Positions 1-6,857 of a stretch of DNA of 27,308 nucleotides are shown in pieces; position 1 is the stretch's first letter, and each line of letters begins with the position of its first letter. Below the pieces are notes generated by a model. It was given only the letters and a program-made list of their open reading frames with translations. It did no database searches and had not been told where the DNA came from. The DNA lies in the NCBI GenBank assembly GCA_003224665.1, contig QHZM01000006.1, forward strand, positions 1 through 27,308, written 5' to 3'. A program made the translations under genes and the position numbers. The stretch is from Acidobacteriota bacterium (lineage in GTDB: Bacteria; Acidobacteriota; Terriglobia; UBA7540).

Positions 1-102
1 ACTTCGGACTGGGAGTGGGCGCTCGGCGCCGAAGCCGGCTCGTCCGGTTGCCCGACGTCGGGTCAATGCCGCACGGATGCATTCATCGTCGAACTAAAAT
101 AA
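1..102 (+). CDS. 3' end of a secreted-protein gene, identical over these 33 aa to the C-terminus of 2705..5158 (5'-truncated by window edge)
   Basis: Frame 1 reads TSDWEWALGAEAGSSGCPTSGQCRTDAFIVELK-TAA (stop 100-102), the same nucleotides as 5057..5158. Not in the ORF track because it has no start codon in the window. Confidence 0.85.
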   Translation, partial: TSDWEWALGAEAGSSGCPTSGQCRTDAFIVELK

Positions 103-180
103 GGCTGGCTGGAAACAATCCCCCCGCGCCCGCCGGGTGCAGCTTGAGGCTGCGGCAAGCCTCGCATCCCTCCGCTCAGC
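1..180 (+). repeat. Direct repeat copy 1 (at least 180 bp; runs off the window edge)
   Basis: 179/180 identical to 5057..5236; the single difference is T145 versus C5201. Identity stops abruptly after CCGCTCAGC. Confidence 0.97.
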
Positions 181-433
181 TCAGCCATGCAGTCACTTTG
201 CATGGGCATGCGAATACGCCTGGGCTCCGCGGGCTGATCCGGCCAGTGCTCAAGGATGAGCCCGAGGCGAAAGCCGCCAGCACCTGAAGCTAAGTCTGCA
301 TTCGTCCTATCCCCGTCCCTCAGACTAACCAACACTTTATCACCGCCCCTTATGCCCTTTCGGATGGCGATTTGGGCTCTGACCATCCACCGGGAGGATG
401 TTCTGCGGAGCTCAACTGTGCCAACGTGCGTTT

Positions 434-1153
434 CTACGGCAAGTTACTAAACAACATGATGAGATCCGTGCGGCTTTGAACCTTGAACTTGGCCAGAAGC
501 TTGGAAACGTAGAACTTCGCCGTACTTTCTGAGATTTTCAGGTCGTAGGCAATCTCACGATTCGATCGGTTTAATTTGAGTAGTTCGAGAACCGTCCGTT
601 CGCGATGGGTAATGTTGGGGACTGTTTTGACCAATTGTTTGTTCGCAATCGCGCCCAAGTAGCTGGCGAGCAAGTTGCGCGGTGCCCAGCAGCCGCCCTC
701 GGCAACTCTGGACACGGCACGGGAAATGTAGCGATGCGCCTGGTCATGGGTCAGCAAACCTGTAACGCCGATTCTAAAGAGCGGAAATGCCGATTCCGCG
801 CTTAGCTTCGCACCTACCACAATTTGTCGAGACTTCGGAAAGCCAGCTCGGATTTCTGCGACCAGAAGCTGAATCGCCTCGGTGATGGCCAGAGTATCCA
901 CAATGAAAACCTGGACAACTGGCAGGTCCAGCTTTTCAAGATCAAAGGCCAGCGAAGTGTCAAGCTGTCGCGCTTCTATACGAAAGCCCGAGGCAGACAA
1001 CAGCTTTTGGTAATCCTCCAGGACTAAAGGGTGGGTATAAAGAAGACATACCGTCCCGAGCGGAGCTGCGGTCTTGCTTTGATGCACTTTTGCGATAGTA
1101 TTGATCCGCATTACGGATCTTCGGTTTCTCGAATTTTTCTGTAGTTGCCCCAT
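434..1153 (-). CDS. LuxR-family (NarL/CsgD/VpsT-like) transcriptional regulator with atypical receiver domain
   Basis: C-terminal LuxR HTH ITHRERTVLELLKLNRSNREIAYDLKISESTAKFYVSKLLAKFKVQSRTDL. N-terminal receiver-like region (LLYTHPLVLE, VFIVDT). Alternative start ATG at 1111. Confidence 0.88.
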   Translation of the reverse strand: MGQLQKNSRNRRSVMRINTIAKVHQSKTAAPLGTVCLLYTHPLVLEDYQKLLSASGFRIEARQLDTSLAFDLEKLDLPVVQVFIVDTLAITEAIQLLVAEIRAGFPKSRQIVVGAKLSAESAFPLFRIGVTGLLTHDQAHRYISRAVSRVAEGGCWAPRNLLASYLGAIANKQLVKTVPNITHRERTVLELLKLNRSNREIAYDLKISESTAKFYVSKLLAKFKVQSRTDLIMLFSNLP

Positions 1154-1574
1154 GGACAGGCCTGCGCAGGTTCTGAGGAGTTTCTCTGGTTCGAAAGGGG
1201 CGGTGACCTACCCCATTACTGTTGCCACTTGCAAGGAAAAGTGTGTACTTCCGGGCCCCGCAAAGGCGCGAGGCGAACTCCGCGCGGCGGCAAATTCCGC
1301 CGACGTTTGATGGCCCAGCAAATGGTGTCGCCGCCGCTCGTCTTACTGCCTACTCCAAATCCCATTCTTGTTGTGGGCGACAGCCGGGCTGCGAAGCCAG
1401 CGCGTGTTCAATCATTCCTCCCCCAGCTACCCGTTGAAGGTTTCCATGTACGCGTTCCGCCTTGGCCGTCCAGGCCGGTGCGCCCCAAGCGGCTGCCGCG
1501 AAGTAGTAGCACGAAGCAACCAAGTTAAGTGTCCTCATTAACGTCTTCTCACCAACCGCTATTTACGCGATGTG

Positions 1575-1736
1575 CGCTGGCCCTCAGAGGTGAACTCCAA
1601 AGCGAGTTACCCTGTTCAGGGGCCGCTCAGCGTTCAAATCGTAGAGGGGCGTGTTCGCGGTCTGCCCGCAGAGCACCAAGGGCTAGGCGCAGAAATGCCA
1701 CATCTTGTCCATCAGTCATTTAGCGCCGCACGCTAA
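1575..1736. other. Cluster of three predicted stem-loops in the intergenic region (possible sRNA or structured leader)
   Basis: Imperfect ~21-bp hairpin 1575-1632; GTGTTC-GCGG/CCGC-A-GAGCAC hairpin 1651-1676; TTAGCG/CGCTAA hairpin 1720-1736. No RNA family recognised. Confidence 0.3.
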
Positions 1737-1765
1737 TCGCCAAAGGGATTATCAGACGCTGCTGC

Positions 1766-1784
1766 GATAATGGCATTTATTATC
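1766..1784. promoter_or_regulatory. Fur-box-like 19-bp palindrome
   Basis: GATAATGGCATTTATTATC matches 15/19 positions of the classical Fur consensus GATAATGATAATCATTATC, with perfect GATAAT/ATTATC arms. Confidence 0.45.
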
Positions 1785-2704
1785 AATAAGTTAGGAGGGA
1801 ATTGGGGGTCGGTAGTAATCCCCGGAGATACTTTTGAAGGGTAGTTCTTGCACCCTCCCGTTACACTTTGACATGGCGGGCATCGGTGCCTCGACTGATT
1901 ATTCAATTCCTGAACTCGTAGACCTTGCCCCGTTTTACGTACCCATAGTAAGGAAACTTCTGCCTTCTTCGGTGCCCCTACGTGAGCGGCCCACCATTTT
2001 TTGAGCCACTGGGAGAGCAGGTTACGCGGTTCAGAGAAACCGCGTCATCACCCACTCGTTTCAGACGATCAAAAACTTGTTAGATCGCGCGCCCTAACCG
2101 GTCCAGCCCAGGTCCAGGACCGACTCCGGACAAACGAACGCAGCCCACATGGCGGAAGGATTCAGGGAAAAGGACACTTCATCCGCAGGACTGTTCATCA
2201 AGATTTTGTCGGCATTCTTTCTACAAAAGCCGTACTTCCTCACCGCTTTCGAAACCAACGAGCAGGTTAATGGGGTTCGCAATTAGGTTCATTTCCGGGA
2301 ATCACCCACTTGCACTTAAGACTAGAAGAATCACTTTCCCACCGAATTTAGATGCTCCTTTGTACAGGTTTACACCTGTTCTGAAAGCTAGTCTCAGTTC
2401 TATCCCGAATTAGCCATGTAGCCAATTGTTTGCTCCTTCTGCCTGGCCCTAACCTGGGATGGAAAGAAAGGCGGGCCGCATGAAATCCGTTTTATCGCTT
2501 TCTCAAGCGGTCGAAAGTGATACGGCACACGCGTTTCAATTCAACTTGCCCGCCTTTCCATCACGCGCACGAAACACGCCCGAGTACTCGGCAGAGAGCG
2601 GGGATGAATTCCCCAACGTGCAAGCCGATCCAATAGCTGCCCCTCCGCCCCAAACCTGCCCGCGTGCTTAAGCGTGTCGAATCTCTCAGAGGAGGTTTGC
2701 CAGA

Positions 2705-5158
2705 TTGCATGCCTCACGTCGGATATTGTTTACAGCAACTTTACCCTTTGCCGCCTTTACCGTACTTACAGTAACCATCATCTCCAGCGCAACATGGAGC
2801 CTTGTCGGGGTTTCTCCGAATTCGGGTCCTTTGACAGGCGGAACAGTAGTCAATATTTCAGGTAGTGGTTTTCAAAAAGCTACGGGAGTCTCCTTCGGGG
2901 GAGTTAACGCCAGTCGGGTGACTGCGCTGAACGCCACACGACTGCAAGCAGTCACCCCCGCCCATGCAGCAGGGGCAGTCGACGTCGTGGTAACCTATCG
3001 TGACAGCCAGTCGGCTGGGTTGCCCGCAGGATTTACCTACAATCCCCCGCCGACGGTCAGCAGTGCCACGCCTAACTCCGGGCCCACGGCTGGAGGAATG
3101 GCTGTGACTATTGCGGGAACGAGTTTCCAGACTGGAGCGAAGGTTGCGTTCGGAGGAACACTTTCAACCGCAGTCTTGGTCACCAGTGGAACCAAGTTAC
3201 AAGTCTTGACGCCAACACATGCGGCAGGCACCGTCAATGTAGTCGTTGCCAATCCCGACGGGCAGAGTGCCTCGCTGACGGGTGGCTACACCTACATTTC
3301 CATGCCGACGATCAGCAGCGCCTCGCCCAACTCGGGTCCTGTAGGAGGCGGGACCACGGTGACCATTTCAGGTCTTAGTTTCCAGAGTGGGGCAACAGTG
3401 ACCTTTGGCGGAACCAGCGCCAGCCAAGTGACCTTCGTGAGTGCCACCCAACTTCAAGCTCTTACACCTACACACGCAGCTGGCACAGCGAACGTGGTGG
3501 TGACGAACCCCAACGGTCAATCTGGCTCCTTATCGGGAGGCTTCACCTACAATCTCCCGCCGAAGGTCAGCAGTGTGTCGCCTAACTCCGGGTCCACGGC
3601 TGGAGGAACGGCCGTGAATATTGCAGGCACGGGCTTCCAGAGCGGCTCTGGAGTGTCATTCGGGAGTGTCGCCGCCAAGTCCGTCGCTTTCGCGAGCTCT
3701 TCACTCCTTCTGGCCACCACGCCGGCCGAATCAGCCGCAGTTGTGGACGTCACCGTCAAGAACCCGGATGGCCAGATGTCGAGTCTGCCCGCCGCCTTCA
3801 CCTTCAGTCCCGGAACAGGAGGGCCCCCGACCACTTACACCAGTCGAAGTGACCGAAACCGCCAGCTAGAGTCCGCTTTGTCGCCGCCAGCGGTCAACAC
3901 GGTCGTCAACGATCCTGCTTTCAGCTCCCGGATGGTGCGGGTAACTGACCAGAACACCGGGACACCCTTCGGCAGCAACTTCACGAACCACTCCTTCGAA
4001 ACCACTTCCTCAGCCGAGCAGAACACCTGGAATACCAATTCCACCCGCTTCTACGTCGAGATGGACACGGGACGGACATTACCCTTTGCCTTTGATCCCG
4101 CCACGATGGCGGTGACCCGGATTAACATCTCCTCCAATCCGCCGGGCTGGTTGCCCCTGAATAACGGCGCGGCCTTCAGCTATTCGGACCCCGATTTGAT
4201 CTACGGAACGGCCCAGCAGAACGTCATTTTAAAATTCAATTTTGCGACGAACACCCTCTCCACCGTCATTAACACGACCCAATGCGGCGTCACCGGCCTG
4301 CAGCCCGGCACTCACACGGGAGATATCTCCGTCAATTCCACGGATACCCGCTTTTTGGCCTATGAGGGAGGGACCATTCAGGACACCGACATGTTCGCCG
4401 TGGTGTACGACACGGCCCTCGGCTGCCGCTGGTACAACACCCAAACCGGGCAGATTGGGGGATGGGGGGTGCCGACCGGAGCCGCGACGACAACGCAGAC
4501 CTTTCCGATGCACAACGCTCGCCTCTCCAGGGCCGGCGATTGGGTTCGCCTGGTGAATCCCGGAGGCTCAGTTGAGGCCTATTGGGATGTTGCGACTTTG
4601 AACGTCTCGGTGTGCTCCAGCGCCTCGGCACCGTATTGCGGCGGACACCAAGTGCTCGGTTACAGCAACCTGGTCAACCAACCGGGAACGATTGACGCCA
4701 TGAACATCGCCATCAGGCCCTTGACCAACATTAATTCCTCGACCGGACTGATTGTTCCTCTGCCGACGCCGACGGAATTTGTGCTGGATGGTCACTGGTC
4801 ATGGAATAACGTCGACCCCAACGACAGCGTACCGGTTTGTGGCTCGACTTACCGGAATGTGACCCCGGTGCTCGAAATCGGCCGCGCGTGGGACCGGGAA
4901 GTCATCTGTATCCGGACCGACGGCGTCCAATCCGAGGTTTGGCGGTTTGCTCATAACCGGGCCTCGGGGACCGCAAACCAGAACGCAGGTCCGGGCTCGA
5001 ACTTCTTTGCCACGCCTCGCGGCAACGTGTCCCAGGACGGCAGGTTTTACATGTTCACTTCGGACTGGGAGTGGGCGCTCGGCGCCGAAGCCGGCTCGTC
5101 CGGTTGCCCGACGTCGGGTCAATGCCGCACGGATGCATTCATCGTCGAACTAAAATAA
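2705..5158 (+). CDS. Secreted protein: signal peptide, four IPT/TIG domains and an uncharacterised ~440-aa C-terminal (probably beta-propeller) domain
   Basis: TTG start 9 nt after GGAGG (2691-2695). Hydrophobic N-terminus MHASRRILFTATLPFAAFTVLTVTIISSA. Four repeats of the SPNSGxxxGGTxVxIxGxxF...TPxHAAGxVxVxVxNPxGQ type. The C-terminal domain is a clear paralogue of 5457..6857. Confidence 0.9.
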   Translation: MHASRRILFTATLPFAAFTVLTVTIISSATWSLVGVSPNSGPLTGGTVVNISGSGFQKATGVSFGGVNASRVTALNATRLQAVTPAHAAGAVDVVVTYRDSQSAGLPAGFTYNPPPTVSSATPNSGPTAGGMAVTIAGTSFQTGAKVAFGGTLSTAVLVTSGTKLQVLTPTHAAGTVNVVVANPDGQSASLTGGYTYISMPTISSASPNSGPVGGGTTVTISGLSFQSGATVTFGGTSASQVTFVSATQLQALTPTHAAGTANVVVTNPNGQSGSLSGGFTYNLPPKVSSVSPNSGSTAGGTAVNIAGTGFQSGSGVSFGSVAAKSVAFASSSLLLATTPAESAAVVDVTVKNPDGQMSSLPAAFTFSPGTGGPPTTYTSRSDRNRQLESALSPPAVNTVVNDPAFSSRMVRVTDQNTGTPFGSNFTNHSFETTSSAEQNTWNTNSTRFYVEMDTGRTLPFAFDPATMAVTRINISSNPPGWLPLNNGAAFSYSDPDLIYGTAQQNVILKFNFATNTLSTVINTTQCGVTGLQPGTHTGDISVNSTDTRFLAYEGGTIQDTDMFAVVYDTALGCRWYNTQTGQIGGWGVPTGAATTTQTFPMHNARLSRAGDWVRLVNPGGSVEAYWDVATLNVSVCSSASAPYCGGHQVLGYSNLVNQPGTIDAMNIAIRPLTNINSSTGLIVPLPTPTEFVLDGHWSWNNVDPNDSVPVCGSTYRNVTPVLEIGRAWDREVICIRTDGVQSEVWRFAHNRASGTANQNAGPGSNFFATPRGNVSQDGRFYMFTSDWEWALGAEAGSSGCPTSGQCRTDAFIVELK
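2792..3810 (+). repeat. Four tandem ~85-aa IPT/TIG (Ig-like) protein repeats
   Basis: Repeats begin near SLVGVSPNSG, PTVSSATPNSG, PTISSASPNSG and PKVSSVSPNSG; each ends in F/Y-T-Y/F. Boundaries approximate. Confidence 0.88.
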
Positions 5159-5236
5159 GGCTGGCTGGAAACAATCCCCCCGCGCCCGCCGGGTGCAGCT
5201 CGAGGCTGCGGCAAGCCTCGCATCCCTCCGCTCAGC
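5057..5236 (+). repeat. Direct repeat copy 2 (last 34 codons of the IPT gene plus 78 nt of 3' flank)
   Basis: 179/180 identical to 1..180. Contains the hairpin CGAGGCT-GCGGCA-AGCCTCG (5201-5220), which has no U-tract. Confidence 0.97.
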
Positions 5237-5456
5237 GGAAGCCGGCCTGTTCGTCCCCTCGACCCCCCTTAAGCCCCGAATCCCCGGAATTCTTGCATTG
5301 ATCAGGGGCATAAAGGAAACGCCTCGGGCTATCATCCCAGCATATAATTGACGAGGACGTGCCGCTGGGGAGCTTTCCATAATGGCCGCGCGGCAACAGC
5401 CTAATTTCCAACAGTTCTGAGCGTTGTTTGATACTTGGGACTTGGGGTGAAAACTT

Positions 5457-6857
5457 ATGAAGAGGTCTCAGAAGCTGCTCGCTCGGTTTGCGGGCGCCGC
5501 CGCAGTTCTGGGCTCCCTTGTCGGTCCGAGTTTCGGGCAATCCAAAGAATCGGCGGCCCAGTGTGGTCCGCCTGTTTATTGTGCCCCCAGCGACAGAGTT
5601 TTGCGGAAGGAAAGTCCGCTTTCAATCGGCGATGCCGGTTCGGTGTTTGACGATCCAGATTTCGGTTCGCGCATCGTCCGCGTCACCGACGCGAACACCG
5701 GGACTCAGCTGGGCGGCGGTTTTCCCGGAGTCTCATTCGCCACGGATTCCTCATCGGAGCAGAACACCTGGAACAAGAGTGCGACAAGGTTTTACGCCGT
5801 GACGGAGGGCGGAAGGGCTGTTCTGTTTGGCTTTGATCCGGAATCCAAAAACTCATGGCTTGTACGGATATCGGGAGGGGGATGGCTGCCCCTCCGGCCG
5901 GGGGCGTCGTTCAGCTTCGTTGACCCTGACGTTATTTACGGGAGCCCGGCCTCAGGGGATTCGGCGGTCGCTCGTTACCGATTATCAACGCGCAAAACTT
6001 CGACCGTCTTCGATGCGAGGAGGTGTGTACCGCACTTCGGGCGCGTCACGACGCTGGGGGACATCTCCGTGAGTTCCAACGACCAGCAATTCGCCACGTA
6101 CGCCGGCGGCCCAATTCAGGACGAGCACATGTTGGTCATGGTTTTCGATTCAACCCAAGGGTGTCGATGGTATAACACCCAAACTGGGCAAGTTGGCGGA
6201 GACTGGGGCCCGGCCGGTGCGGCCACGACGCCGCAAAAGTATCTTATCCACAACGCTCGTCTCTCCAAGCGGGGCGATTTTGTTCGAATTACCGGCCCTG
6301 GTGGGGGGGTCGAGGCTTACTGGCAGGTCGCAACGCTCAACGTAACGACTTGTTCCTCGCGGGCTGCGCCGTATTGCGGTGGCCATAAAGTCCTGGGCTA
6401 TGCTCACATGGTCAATCAGCCGGGGACGCTGGACGACATGAATGTCGTGATGAGGCCCTTGACCAGCATCAAGGCAAGCTTCCAGCTCATCAATCCTCTG
6501 CTCACCCCGACCCAATGGACCCTGGATTCGCACTGGTCTTGGAACAACGACGATGCCAACGACAGCTTCCCTGTTTGCGGTTCCACCTATCGCGAAGTGC
6601 CGCCTTTTACTCGGATTGAAAGGGCGTGGGACCGGGAAGTGATCTGTATCCGCACGGACGGGACTCAATCGCAGGTTTGGCGGTTTGCCCATCATCGTTC
6701 GACCGCCGCCAATGGATTTTGGTCCACTCCGCGAGGCAACGTTTCGCAGGACGGCAAGTTTTACATGTTCACTTCAGATTGGGAAAACACGCTCGGATTC
6801 CTGAACGGCTCAAGGACCCAGCACCGCACCGACGTGTTTGTCGTGGAGCTGAAGTGA
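5457..6857 (+). CDS. Secreted uncharacterised protein, paralogue of the C-terminal domain of 2705..5158, without IPT domains
   Basis: Signal-peptide-like MKRSQKLLARFAGAAAVLGSLVGPSFGQ. Shares RVTDxNTG, SEQNTWN, GCRWYNTQTGQ, HNARLS, PYCGGH, HWSWNN, AWDREVICIRTDG, TPRGNVSQDG and YMFTSDWE with the upstream gene. Confidence 0.9.
   Translation: MKRSQKLLARFAGAAAVLGSLVGPSFGQSKESAAQCGPPVYCAPSDRVLRKESPLSIGDAGSVFDDPDFGSRIVRVTDANTGTQLGGGFPGVSFATDSSSEQNTWNKSATRFYAVTEGGRAVLFGFDPESKNSWLVRISGGGWLPLRPGASFSFVDPDVIYGSPASGDSAVARYRLSTRKTSTVFDARRCVPHFGRVTTLGDISVSSNDQQFATYAGGPIQDEHMLVMVFDSTQGCRWYNTQTGQVGGDWGPAGAATTPQKYLIHNARLSKRGDFVRITGPGGGVEAYWQVATLNVTTCSSRAAPYCGGHKVLGYAHMVNQPGTLDDMNVVMRPLTSIKASFQLINPLLTPTQWTLDSHWSWNNDDANDSFPVCGSTYREVPPFTRIERAWDREVICIRTDGTQSQVWRFAHHRSTAANGFWSTPRGNVSQDGKFYMFTSDWENTLGFLNGSRTQHRTDVFVVELK

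Noticed and set aside
15-287. ORF-track ORFs 15..287 and 5071..5301 with near-identical N-termini
   Set aside because: They are off-frame readings of the direct repeat; the real frame is the one ending in VELK-stop.
63-450. Short ORFs between the repeat and luxR (63..386 minus, 256..450 plus) and hairpin CCATGCA/TGCATGG at 185-205
   Set aside because: No recognisable motifs or RBS. The hairpin has no U-tract, so it is not called a terminator.
2419-2434. TAGCCA-N5-TTGCT upstream of the IPT gene as a sigma-54 site
   Set aside because: Lacks the invariant -24 GG.
1145-2671. Several 60-130-aa ORFs in the long intergenic region (1145..1528, 2001..2270, 2094..2282, 2459..2671)
   Set aside because: Arg/Pro/Ser-rich composition typical of chance ORFs in GC-rich DNA, with no domain signatures and no transposase motifs.
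5343-5348. Perfect TATAAT between the two secreted-protein genes
   Set aside because: No -35 or extended -10 at proper spacing; too weak to call.
6626-6853. ORF-track N-terminal extension of the flippase
   Set aside because: It overlaps the coding 3' end of 5457..6857 in another frame; flippase-like sequence begins only after 6854.
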